This document shows, piece by piece, positions 55,138 through 64,000 of a DNA stretch of 64,000 nucleotides (the stretch's first letter is position 1; each line of letters begins with the position of its first letter). The DNA is taken from the IMG/VR virus record IMGVR_UViG_3300046002_006897. One strand, written 5' to 3'. The notes under the pieces were generated by a model. The model had not been told where the DNA came from, searched no databases, and saw only the letters and a program-made list of their open reading frames with translations. The stretch comes from an uncultured virus (IMG/VR IMGVR_UViG_3300046002_006897). Its lineage: Duplodnaviria; Heunggongvirae; Uroviricota; Caudoviricetes. Position numbers and translations under genes: made by a program.

Positions 55138-56439
55138 ATGAGTAATGAAATAAAACCTGTATGCGTGATCCAAGGACCAGTGGCTTCTCGGAGTGGTTAT
55201 GGCGACCACACTTTTTCTATTTGTGACGCATTAATCAACAGTAACAAGTTTGATGTAAAGATCATTCCTATGCGTTGGGGCGCATGCCCTAACACAATGC
55301 TTGATGATGAAACTGTACCAATGGTAAAAGAAATCAAGAGAAGAATTATAAACAACTTGGCGACACAGCCAGAGTTATTTATTCAAGTATCTATTCCCAA
55401 CGAGTTCAAACCAATTGGAAAGTATAATATTGGCGTCACAGCTGGTATCGAAAGTACCGTACCAAAGGCCGAATGGATCGAGGGAATAAATCGCATGAAT
55501 TTAACAGTGGTTCCTTCAAACTTCACGAAGTCTGTGTTCTTAGATACTATCTATAATAAGAGACACGACAATGGACAGGAAGAAAAAATATCGGTCACGC
55601 GACCGATTGAAGTGGCATTCGAGGGAGTAGATACCTCGATATATAAGAAAACCTCAGAACCATCTCCAGAAATAGATATTGCAATCAATGCTATTCCAGA
55701 AGATTTTTGTTATTTGTTCGTTGGACACTGGATTCAAGGTGAGCTAGGAGCGGACCGCAAAGATATTGGTATGTTGGTAAAGGTATTTAGTGAAGTATTC
55801 AAGAACAAAAAGAATAAGCCAGCATTGGTGTTGAAGACCAGCGGAGCTACATTCTCCAAGATGGATAAGGCGGAAATATTAAAGAAAATTGACGACATTC
55901 GAAAGCCGTTGTCCGGAGATTTGCCCAACATATATTTGATTCATGGTGAGTTGACTCCCGGAGAATTGAATCGTTTATACAATCATCCGAAGATTAAAAA
56001 TCACGTGAGTTTCACTCACGGTGAAGGATTCGGGCGTCCATTGTTGGAATCCACTTTAAGTGGAAAGCCGCTATTGACTACCAATTGGAGCGGACATGTG
56101 GATTTCTTGCCTCAAGACTTGGCAAATCTACTGCCGGGGACTCTTGGAAATATACCGCCTAGCGCATGCAATGAATGGCTGATAAAAGAGGCAAGATGGT
56201 TCAATGTGAACTATAGCGTTGCGGCACAAAAGTTGGAAGACATGTTCACTAATTATATTAACTATATTCCAAAGGCCGAGAAGCTGCGGCAACAAAACAG
56301 TGAAAAGTTTACACTTGAAGCAGGAAACGAAGTGTTCATGAACATTTTGAACAAGAACTTGCCGACATTTGAAAAGAAAGTGGCAATTACTCTTCCAAAG
56401 TTCAAGAAAATTACACCAACAGCACCAGTCACAGGATGA
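55138..56439 (+). CDS. Glycosyltransferase (GT4-like)
   Basis: SRSGYG, RK, GEGFGRPLLE, WSGH.DF. Confidence 0.9.
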   Translation: MSNEIKPVCVIQGPVASRSGYGDHTFSICDALINSNKFDVKIIPMRWGACPNTMLDDETVPMVKEIKRRIINNLATQPELFIQVSIPNEFKPIGKYNIGVTAGIESTVPKAEWIEGINRMNLTVVPSNFTKSVFLDTIYNKRHDNGQEEKISVTRPIEVAFEGVDTSIYKKTSEPSPEIDIAINAIPEDFCYLFVGHWIQGELGADRKDIGMLVKVFSEVFKNKKNKPALVLKTSGATFSKMDKAEILKKIDDIRKPLSGDLPNIYLIHGELTPGELNRLYNHPKIKNHVSFTHGEGFGRPLLESTLSGKPLLTTNWSGHVDFLPQDLANLLPGTLGNIPPSACNEWLIKEARWFNVNYSVAAQKLEDMFTNYINYIPKAEKLRQQNSEKFTLEAGNEVFMNILNKNLPTFEKKVAITLPKFKKITPTAPVTG

Positions 56440-57119
56440 AAATCAGTTATTTAGTGACTGTTCACAACGAGACACTTGAGCTTCTTCAACTGATTGAGAA
56501 GCTCAAGACTCATATCGACTTTGTTACTCCAAACGATGAAGTTGTTATATTGGACGATTTCTCCGACAATCCAGACACCATAAAAATTTTGGATAAAGCA
56601 AAAAGTTATGGGTTCGCCGTGGTTCAACATGCACTAAACAAAAACTTTGCAGATCACAAGAACTATGGTAGTAAGCGTTGCGTGGGTGATTATATTGTAC
56701 AATGTGACGCAGACGAATATTTGTATCCGGTACTATTAAATAATATGCACGAGTTGATAGAGTCGAATCCAACGGTTGAATTGTATAGAGTTCCAAGAGT
56801 CAATATTGTACGAGGTGCCACAGACGATGATGCCAGAAACTGGGGATGGCACATGATGAGACTGCCAGAGTTTGGTGACTTACCTATTATAAATTGGGGC
56901 AATGGAGGAGACTATCAATCTCGCATTTATAAAAATAGTTTAAAGATACAATGGCAAAAATCATTACACGAAACAATTGTGGGAGCATCTATTGTGGCAC
57001 ATCTTCCAAAAGATGTGGAATGGTCAATAATACACGATAAAACGATTGACAGGCAGAGAGCACAAAACGAATTTTACAACAAAAATTGGTCAATAAAGGC
57101 CAATATGGGACAAGGATAA
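56436..57119 (+). CDS. Glycosyltransferase (GT2-like)
   Basis: V.NE, DD.S, DADE, DYQ.R, LHE. Confidence 0.85.
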   Translation: MKISYLVTVHNETLELLQLIEKLKTHIDFVTPNDEVVILDDFSDNPDTIKILDKAKSYGFAVVQHALNKNFADHKNYGSKRCVGDYIVQCDADEYLYPVLLNNMHELIESNPTVELYRVPRVNIVRGATDDDARNWGWHMMRLPEFGDLPIINWGNGGDYQSRIYKNSLKIQWQKSLHETIVGASIVAHLPKDVEWSIIHDKTIDRQRAQNEFYNKNWSIKANMGQG

Positions 57120-57123
57120 ACTT

Positions 57124-57696
57124 ATGGCACATCACTTCTTAGACATTGGCGCAAACAGTGGAAACACTTTCGGGTTATTTTTAAATAATAACCCTAAATA
57201 TCATGGAAGCACCGTATGGTGTTTTGAACCATCTCCTCAGCACTTTAATGCATTACTGATGAACGCGAGGATTGCTTCTAATCTATATCAAGTAATAGTA
57301 TGTCCGTTTGGCGTGGGCGGCAAGACAGAATTGCTTCCATTCTATGAAATGGTGAATAATACGGTATCGGATTCATTGTTCAAGGATGTTGGTGGAACTA
57401 TTGACCCAAATCCAAGATATCAAATATTGGCATCTGTCGTATCTATATCGGATTTCATATCTAAATTTATACCAGAAGGAGATACGATTACAATGAAAGT
57501 GGATTGTGAAGGAGCGGAGTATGACATATATGAATCGCTTATACAAAATCCACATCTACTCAATAAAATTGAATGTATTTACAATGAGTGGCATCCGGGA
57601 TGGGACGGTATGGATAATTCTAGAAAGCAGAGGATTCTGTCCATCGTTACACGGCTGGCGGAGCACGGTAAAGTGTTAAAAGATTGGGCATTTTAA
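57124..57696 (+). CDS. FkbM-family methyltransferase
   Basis: DIGANSG, FEP, KVDCEGAEY. Confidence 0.85.
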   Translation: MAHHFLDIGANSGNTFGLFLNNNPKYHGSTVWCFEPSPQHFNALLMNARIASNLYQVIVCPFGVGGKTELLPFYEMVNNTVSDSLFKDVGGTIDPNPRYQILASVVSISDFISKFIPEGDTITMKVDCEGAEYDIYESLIQNPHLLNKIECIYNEWHPGWDGMDNSRKQRILSIVTRLAEHGKVLKDWAF

Positions 57697-57699
57697 TTT

Positions 57700-58344
57700 A
57701 TGATATACAACGAAAAAATAACAAAAATAGAGAGAAAATTCCCACTCGATTACATCAAAAATCTTAGGGATAAAACCCCAAACTTTACGTTGATTGATGT
57801 TGGAATATGTGCCAATGCATGGACTAGAGAATATGCCACGCACGGAGTTGACATCCAAAAATATGATATAAATATTAAACAATTTACAGGAAATATATCA
57901 GACTTCACCGTTTGGGATGAAATATTGGATTATGTTAAAGAACATGGAAAATTTGATTTTTTGACATGCACTCACACTCTTGAAGATATATCTTCTGCGG
58001 TTATGGTATGTAACATGTTTTCTAGAATAGCCAAGGAAGGATTCATAGCAGTTCCAAGTAAGTTCTGGGAACTCAATAGGCACGAAGGACACTGGCGAGG
58101 ATTCATTCACCATCGTTGGGTATACGAGGTAAAAGATGGAAAATTTAAAGGTTATCCTAAGCAATCTTTCTTGGAAAATTCTGACTATATAGAATCGTGG
58201 ACAAAAAGTAATCCGGCACGACCTGAAAATCTAGAATTGCAGTTCTTCTGGAAAGACGAAGTCAAGCTTGATGTCGTAAATCAAGATTTGCTCGGTCCGT
58301 CGATTGACCATGTAATTCAATATTATAGAGAATTGGTAAAATGA
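57700..58344 (+). CDS. Class I SAM methyltransferase-like protein
   Basis: IDVG, FDF..CTHTLED. Confidence 0.7.
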   Translation: MIYNEKITKIERKFPLDYIKNLRDKTPNFTLIDVGICANAWTREYATHGVDIQKYDINIKQFTGNISDFTVWDEILDYVKEHGKFDFLTCTHTLEDISSAVMVCNMFSRIAKEGFIAVPSKFWELNRHEGHWRGFIHHRWVYEVKDGKFKGYPKQSFLENSDYIESWTKSNPARPENLELQFFWKDEVKLDVVNQDLLGPSIDHVIQYYRELVK

Positions 58345-59282
58345 AGATAGGTCTGCACGCAAACCAACTCGACCACAGGGGAAATAGCACGGTTATTTAT
58401 GATTATGCAAGCGCATTGAAGAATTATTTTGGATATGATGTTCATATTATAACATCGAAACCGAAGTCCACTCATCCTATGGATAAGTTCTCAAAGTTTG
58501 GATATTCAATGTACGAAAATGTATCGGAACTAGAGTGTCTGGTAGACAAGGAAAAAATAGATGTATTATATATGACAAAGGCCGGAAACATTGATAAAAT
58601 ATGTCCGACCAACTGTAAAACTGCGATACATTGTGTGTTTGACATGAGAGAGCCTCATGGTTCCGTGTATGCGGGAGTAAGTGAATGGCTGGCACAATAT
58701 TATAAAAAAGAACTATGGGTTCCTCATATAATTGATATAAAAAAGACTAATAGCACATTGCACCACGAACTTGGTATTCCAAAAACCGCGTTTATTGTTG
58801 GAAGATTAGGCGGCTACGAGCAATTTGATCTACCATTCGTGCATTCTGCTATAAAGTCAGCTTTGAATGCTCGCCAAGACCTTTATACAGTGTTTCTTAA
58901 CACCAAACCATTCATCGACCACCCAAGAGCCAAATTCATCCCATTTCAACCAGAATTGGAATTTAAAGGTAATTTTATCAGCACTTGCGATGCCATGATT
59001 CATGGTAGGTCCGACGGTGAGACATTTGGGTTGGCGGTGGCAGAATTCTCTTCGATGAATAAACCGATTTTGACTTATGATGCTCCGTATTGGTGGTATA
59101 TGCGCAGCCATTTACATATTTTGGGAGAAAAAGCAATAACATATAAAAACGAGGAAGAATTACTTTCATACTTATTACAGATTGACAAAGAGTATGTAAG
59201 AGATATAGACTGGGATTGTTACTCAACCAGATTCTCTCCTGCGAATGTAATAGAGAGATTTAATACTATATTTATCAAATGA
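58341..59282 (+). CDS. Glycosyltransferase (GT-B-like)
   Basis: CDAMIHGRSDGETFGLAVAEF. Confidence 0.75.
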   Translation: MKIGLHANQLDHRGNSTVIYDYASALKNYFGYDVHIITSKPKSTHPMDKFSKFGYSMYENVSELECLVDKEKIDVLYMTKAGNIDKICPTNCKTAIHCVFDMREPHGSVYAGVSEWLAQYYKKELWVPHIIDIKKTNSTLHHELGIPKTAFIVGRLGGYEQFDLPFVHSAIKSALNARQDLYTVFLNTKPFIDHPRAKFIPFQPELEFKGNFISTCDAMIHGRSDGETFGLAVAEFSSMNKPILTYDAPYWWYMRSHLHILGEKAITYKNEEELLSYLLQIDKEYVRDIDWDCYSTRFSPANVIERFNTIFIK

Positions 59283-59848
59283 TATTAGCAAAACAATTTT
59301 TATCGAGCCTTCCAATGAAGAGTTCGCATATCGACAAACATCTATCCGAAATGGCGATGTATTATTCCAGCGCAATTGGAATGGAGCATTATAGATTATT
59401 GACCGCGTTGAGTATGATGAATAGAAACTCTATTATATTGGATATAGGTACATACAAAGGAGCATCGGCACTTGCGCTGAGTACAAATCCAACCAACAAA
59501 GTTATATCATACAATATAGTTAACCAACTCGATGTTGACTTTTCCGATATTCCAAATATAGAATTTAAGATTAAGGACATATACACGGAATCCAAGGAGT
59601 TGATTTTATCGTCGAATTTTATTTTATATGACATTTCACCACATAATGGAAAAGACGAACTCCGCTTCTACGAATTCGTGAAGGGCTTGGGATATACCGG
59701 AACAATTATATTTGATGATATTCATTTGAATGGTGGAATGAAAGAATTTTGGACAAAAGTCGATTCAAATAAATCCGACTTTACGTGTGTTGGGCATGGG
59801 TCTGGCACCGGCGTAGTGTTTTTTGGGGAGGAAATTATAATACAATGA
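59279..59848 (+). CDS. Class I SAM methyltransferase-like protein
   Basis: DIGTYKGASA, FDDI, GH.SGTG. Confidence 0.75.
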   Translation: MILAKQFLSSLPMKSSHIDKHLSEMAMYYSSAIGMEHYRLLTALSMMNRNSIILDIGTYKGASALALSTNPTNKVISYNIVNQLDVDFSDIPNIEFKIKDIYTESKELILSSNFILYDISPHNGKDELRFYEFVKGLGYTGTIIFDDIHLNGGMKEFWTKVDSNKSDFTCVGHGSGTGVVFFGEEIIIQ

Positions 59849-60393
59849 TTGTTGGTAAATACACATATGGTACAGAATTTATTGATGCTAGGGATTACGG
59901 GTCCAACTCTCAGTTAATTATTGGTGGTTTTTGTAGTATAGCACATAATATTACTATATTTCTTGGGGGAAATCATAGAAGCGATTTATTTTCGACATAC
60001 AAGTTTGGATTGGATGGGCAAAATAATATTTTTAATAAATTTGGACCCGAGGGCTCGGACGGAAAAGGAGTGTTGACTTCGAATGGTGATGTTATTATTG
60101 GAAACGACGTTTGGATTGGATTTGGTTCTACAATTATGTCTGGTGTGACTATTGGAGATGGTGCGATAATAGCTGCAAAATCGGTTGTAACAAAAAATGT
60201 AGAACCGTATACAATCGTAGGAGGAAATCCAGCCAAGCTTATTAAAAAAAGATTTTCTGATGAATCTATAGAAAAACTTTTAAAAATAAAGTGGTGGGAC
60301 TGGCCAGATGCTAAAATAAGCAATAACATGAGAGAAATATGTTCTAATAATGTAGAAAATTTAGATAAGCTTTTATTGGAATCAACTATATGA
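59845..60393 (+). CDS. CatB/Vat-related hexapeptide O-acetyltransferase
   Basis: IGNDVWIG, VGGNPA, WWDW. Confidence 0.9.
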   Translation: MIVGKYTYGTEFIDARDYGSNSQLIIGGFCSIAHNITIFLGGNHRSDLFSTYKFGLDGQNNIFNKFGPEGSDGKGVLTSNGDVIIGNDVWIGFGSTIMSGVTIGDGAIIAAKSVVTKNVEPYTIVGGNPAKLIKKRFSDESIEKLLKIKWWDWPDAKISNNMREICSNNVENLDKLLLESTI

Positions 60394-61007
60394 ATTATTT
60401 TATACATTTACTTGGGCGTCTTAAGTCCAGAGGAAACTACCCGAAGGTATTGTTTGACGTTGGTGCCCATTTTGGGGAAACCAACGAGATGATGCGGTCG
60501 GCATTCCCCGACAGCAGAATTATATCATTTGAGGCGAATCCAAATTGCATCCCAATCCTAGAGTCAAGGGGAATTGAATTCGTGCCGTGTCTATTAGGAC
60601 GAGAGAACGTGGAAAGTGTAAAATTTTACACAAACCCGGATGACCCGGTGTCTACGGGATGTTCTATATTTAAAGAGAATACCGTTCACTTTTCTAATGC
60701 CAAAGTAATAGAACTCCCAATGTATCGACTGGATTATATAGTTCCGCCCGAAATAGTGCCAGAGTTTTTGAAAATGGACGTACAAGGGGCGGAACTGTCT
60801 GTGCTGGATGGGGCGGAAAAACTTTTGCCGTCTATTCGTTGGATTTACTTGGAAGTGTCATTCGTGAGTTGTAACGACGGGGCTCCAATGTTCAAGGAAG
60901 TCGCCGACCACCTATACGCCCGTGGCTATAGCATAACTGATATGTGCGATTCAACGTACATAGACAATCAATTGGTGCAGTCTAATTTCCTATTTGAAAG
61001 AAAATGA
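60390..61007 (+). CDS. FkbM-family methyltransferase
   Basis: DVGAH.G, FEANP, KMDVQGAEL. Confidence 0.9.
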   Translation: MNYFIHLLGRLKSRGNYPKVLFDVGAHFGETNEMMRSAFPDSRIISFEANPNCIPILESRGIEFVPCLLGRENVESVKFYTNPDDPVSTGCSIFKENTVHFSNAKVIELPMYRLDYIVPPEIVPEFLKMDVQGAELSVLDGAEKLLPSIRWIYLEVSFVSCNDGAPMFKEVADHLYARGYSITDMCDSTYIDNQLVQSNFLFERK

Positions 61008-61879
61008 AGGTTTTATTTATATCCAAAGGCGATTTGCCGGACTACCAGTCGGACACTATTATTCACGGGGGGAGAAGTGTATTGGGAGAAAATTTTGTTG
61101 ATGCCAATTTTCCTTGGTACATGTATAAGAAAGAAAAGGTTAAGTTCTGGAATACACGCGTGCCGGATGGTGGCAATAGTTATGGTAGAGGATTCACTCT
61201 ACATGGTACCCTAGACGACATAAAAATAGACCGAGAGGATATCCGAGATAAAATATCAGCCAGATTCTTTGATTACATAATATATGGGTCAATTACTCGG
61301 TGTGACGATTATGTAAACGAGGTGATAGCGCACTATCCCAAAGAAAAGATATTCATAGTTGATGGCGAGGATGGTCAGCAAATAAGACATCAAAATCCAA
61401 ATACCGTAACTCTGTTCAAGCGTGAACTGGACGTTGGTGGATATTGGGTCAGACCGATAAGTTTCGGTGCCCCGAAAGAGAAGATTGTGAATTCTGTTCC
61501 CATCAAGACACAAGAATGGGGGAGTGTGATTCCCGGAAAAATTGAGACATATACTTTTACCGAAGAATCTTCTTATTATGCAGATTATCAAAAGTCGTAT
61601 TTTGCATTGACTCATAAAAAGGGTGGGTGGGATTGTATGCGACATTATGAAATATTAATGAACGGATGTGTTCCATACTTCCCAGATATCGACGGTTGCC
61701 CAGCAAGAACACTCGCGGACTTTCCAAAGGATTTGTGCCGCGAGGCGAACCTTATGGTAAAATCTGGGGAATTGTCGGACGATTTATACTATACATTAGC
61801 TGATAAATTTTTAAAATATACGAAAGAAAGATTGACAACCGACGCAGTTTTCTCTAATATGTTAAGTATATTAAAATGA
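61004..61879 (+). CDS. Glycosyltransferase-like protein
   Basis: DGED, FKREL, KKGGWDCMRHYEI. Confidence 0.6.
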   Translation: MKVLFISKGDLPDYQSDTIIHGGRSVLGENFVDANFPWYMYKKEKVKFWNTRVPDGGNSYGRGFTLHGTLDDIKIDREDIRDKISARFFDYIIYGSITRCDDYVNEVIAHYPKEKIFIVDGEDGQQIRHQNPNTVTLFKRELDVGGYWVRPISFGAPKEKIVNSVPIKTQEWGSVIPGKIETYTFTEESSYYADYQKSYFALTHKKGGWDCMRHYEILMNGCVPYFPDIDGCPARTLADFPKDLCREANLMVKSGELSDDLYYTLADKFLKYTKERLTTDAVFSNMLSILK

Positions 61880-62676
61880 ATAAAATAGTATTGTATTGTA
61901 AATCATACAGGGGGGATGTGAATCGAATCAAAGTTCTGTTTGAAAGTATTCAAAAATATAATAGAGATAATATACCTTTCTATATCTCATGTCCAAACAA
62001 TGACATTGGCATTTTCAAACAAGCGTTGGGTTCTTCCGGGTACACCATAATATCGGACGAGAGTATATGCGGACAATCCGGAGTAGAAGATTGGACAAGT
62101 CAACAAATTGTGAAAAGTTCGCTCTGGAAAATAGACGTGTGTGAAAATTACTTAGTGTTAGACAGCGATAGTTATTTCATACGCCCGTTCTATGTAAAAG
62201 ATTTCATTGCTCCGAATGGAGAACCCTACGTTGTAATGCACGAGCAAAAAGAATTGTTCAATTGGACCTGCAACAAGGCCCACTTATTAGGATTTGACCC
62301 GTCAATAAGCTTTGGGGAATGTAGACAAAAAGTCATGGATGTGTTCGGGAGAGTTGGGAGATATTATGATTTTGGTCCCAGTCCGGTTATATGGAACTGT
62401 AACATTTGGAAACAATTTAAAGACAATTACCTCGTCCCAAATAAATTAACAATGAGTGATGTTATAAGAATTGTACCGAGCGAATTTTCTTGGTATGGCG
62501 AATGGTTGATGACATACGAGAAGCACATGCTGCCAATTGAACCACTGTTCAAAGTGTTTCATTATGGAGCACAATACCACGAACTAAAGTATCAGGGATA
62601 CACCGAACAAAATCTTTCGACTATTTACATGGGAATTGTCATGCAAAGCAATGCTTCAATCCCGCTAAAATATTAA
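61876..62676 (+). CDS. DUF6492-like/GT-A-like protein
   Basis: W..QQIVK, LDSD, E..WYG. Confidence 0.6.
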   Translation: MNKIVLYCKSYRGDVNRIKVLFESIQKYNRDNIPFYISCPNNDIGIFKQALGSSGYTIISDESICGQSGVEDWTSQQIVKSSLWKIDVCENYLVLDSDSYFIRPFYVKDFIAPNGEPYVVMHEQKELFNWTCNKAHLLGFDPSISFGECRQKVMDVFGRVGRYYDFGPSPVIWNCNIWKQFKDNYLVPNKLTMSDVIRIVPSEFSWYGEWLMTYEKHMLPIEPLFKVFHYGAQYHELKYQGYTEQNLSTIYMGIVMQSNASIPLKY

Positions 62677-62679
62677 ACT

Positions 62680-63270
62680 ATGGAAACACTTCAACAAATA
62701 TATGATAAGTTAATAAAAGAATACCCAACTCGACTCACGGATAAGGGTGCTGGTGCGTATGGACCAATTGAAGGTGGGCCGGGGCACACTTATGCCCAAT
62801 TCTACGACATACTATTCGGTAAATTTAGAGACAAGCCGATAAATATCCTCGAAATAGGCGTAAATAGAGGCGGCAGTTTGATGATGTGGCGTAGATTCTT
62901 CAATAATCCAGAAACTCGCGTATATGGAATTGATATTGTTAAGTCATTTGACGACTTTCCACCGGAAGAGAACATAAACGCGTATGTGTTCGACGCCGGA
63001 AGTCCGGGATTGTTTCAACAACATCTACAAGACACAAAATTTGACATTATTATAGACGATGGAGCACACGAAAAAGAGTCTCAAGTCAAGATATACAATC
63101 TGTTGAAAAATAGAGTGAAGTCGGATGGATTATATGTCATCGAAGATATCTTTGAGGTACACAATAACATAGAATATTTCTTGGAGAGAGTGACGCCGGT
63201 GCCAACTGTGATAGATAGACGTTGGATAAATGAGCAATTGGACGATGTTATGTTAGTATTCAGGTTTTGA
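62680..63270 (+). CDS. Sugar O-methyltransferase-like class I SAM methyltransferase
   Basis: DK..H.Y..FY, LEIGV..GGS, IIDDGAH, YVIED. Confidence 0.85.
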   Translation: METLQQIYDKLIKEYPTRLTDKGAGAYGPIEGGPGHTYAQFYDILFGKFRDKPINILEIGVNRGGSLMMWRRFFNNPETRVYGIDIVKSFDDFPPEENINAYVFDAGSPGLFQQHLQDTKFDIIIDDGAHEKESQVKIYNLLKNRVKSDGLYVIEDIFEVHNNIEYFLERVTPVPTVIDRRWINEQLDDVMLVFRF

Positions 63271-63337
63271 TATCGGCAAATATCCGTGGACATTGGTATT
63301 GACATCTGTGGACATTGGCGTATGATTTGTTCACATT

Positions 63338-64000
63338 ATGGCAAAAATCAACTTAAGCATGTTCGATTCGTTCAAGAAACTGGACGAATATAAAAGCCTG
63401 ACGAAGCTTCAACAAAAGTTCTTTAAGGATTTTTTCTCTGGCCGCAATATTTTTCTTACCGGCCCCGCTGGAACAGGCAAATCGTTCTGTGTGAATCTGT
63501 TATTCAAGTTCTTGGACCTACATTCCATATTTTATGGAAAGACCGCAACAACTGGCGTGGCGGCACTAAATATAGGAGGAACCACACTCCATTCTTGGTC
63601 TGGAATGGGATTGGCCGAAGAAGACGGCATGGATTTGCTGGATAAAGTATCGGAAAACAAGAAAGCCGTAGACCGTATAAAAAGTTCCAAGGTTTTGATT
63701 GTTGATGAAATATCAATGGCGCAGTCTAATCTGCTAGATAAGCTTGATATTGTATGCCAATTCATCAGAAATAAAGAGAAACCATTCGGTGGTATGCAAG
63801 TTGTATTTGTCGGAGATTTCATGCAACTTCCGCCAGTATTCAAGAACTATCAGAACGAGGAATTTGCATTCGACTCGCAGGCATGGAAGGACGCGGGGGT
63901 TAAGACAATTCACTTGACGGAGATTGTTCGTCAACACGACGAGCCACATTTTGCAAAACTTTTGAACGAAGTTAGACTCGGTTCGGCCAAAGATTTTTCA
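63338..64000 (+). CDS. PIF1-like helicase (3'-truncated by window)
   Basis: TGPAGTGKS, TGVAA..IGG.TLHS, DEISM, PFGG, GDF.QLPPV, RQ. Confidence 0.9.
   Translation, partial: MAKINLSMFDSFKKLDEYKSLTKLQQKFFKDFFSGRNIFLTGPAGTGKSFCVNLLFKFLDLHSIFYGKTATTGVAALNIGGTTLHSWSGMGLAEEDGMDLLDKVSENKKAVDRIKSSKVLIVDEISMAQSNLLDKLDIVCQFIRNKEKPFGGMQVVFVGDFMQLPPVFKNYQNEEFAFDSQAWKDAGVKTIHLTEIVRQHDEPHFAKLLNEVRLGSAKDFS

Noticed and set aside
63282..63325. 22-nt imperfect tandem repeat ATC(C/T)GTGGACATTGG
   Set aside because: Only two copies, overlapping the helicase promoter. Probably a local duplication or operator, with too little evidence to call.
1..64000. Genome-wide stop-codon reassignment
   Set aside because: Long conserved genes are intact in the standard code and no suppressor tRNA was found. 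Only one suspicious TAG was seen.

Overview
AT-rich 64-kb fragment of a large (jumbo/huge) T4-superfamily-like bacteriophage genome, apparently using the standard genetic code. 1-10.7 kb: replication genes (family B DNA polymerase, sliding clamp, clamp loader), RNA-repair genes and ADP-ribose genes. 10.8-36 kb: a very large RNA array. It holds 46 tRNA genes read by eye that cover all 20 amino acids, including two tRNA-Ile(UAU) and several structurally aberrant tRNAs, plus a divergent RNase P RNA. Between the tRNAs lie about 25 unannotated 55-400 nt units, each closed by a terminal helix and set off by the same AU-rich linkers as the tRNAs. One of these units (16607-16879) reproduces the L11-binding/GTPase-associated centre of 23S rRNA with a ~200-nt insertion. 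Others carry tRNA cores, an anticodon stem-loop or a possible 16S-like segment. An attenuator-like leader peptide and terminator sit upstream of the array. 36-52 kb: nucleotidyltransferase, macrodomain, phosphoesterases, tmRNA, an outer-membrane beta-barrel protein, UvsE, a second RNA ligase, HNH nucleases, dNMP kinase and a Cas4-like nuclease. 52-63 kb: a glycosyl/methyl/acetyltransferase cluster followed by a PIF1-like helicase. All calls come from motif recognition and manual base pairing. No database search or folding program was run.
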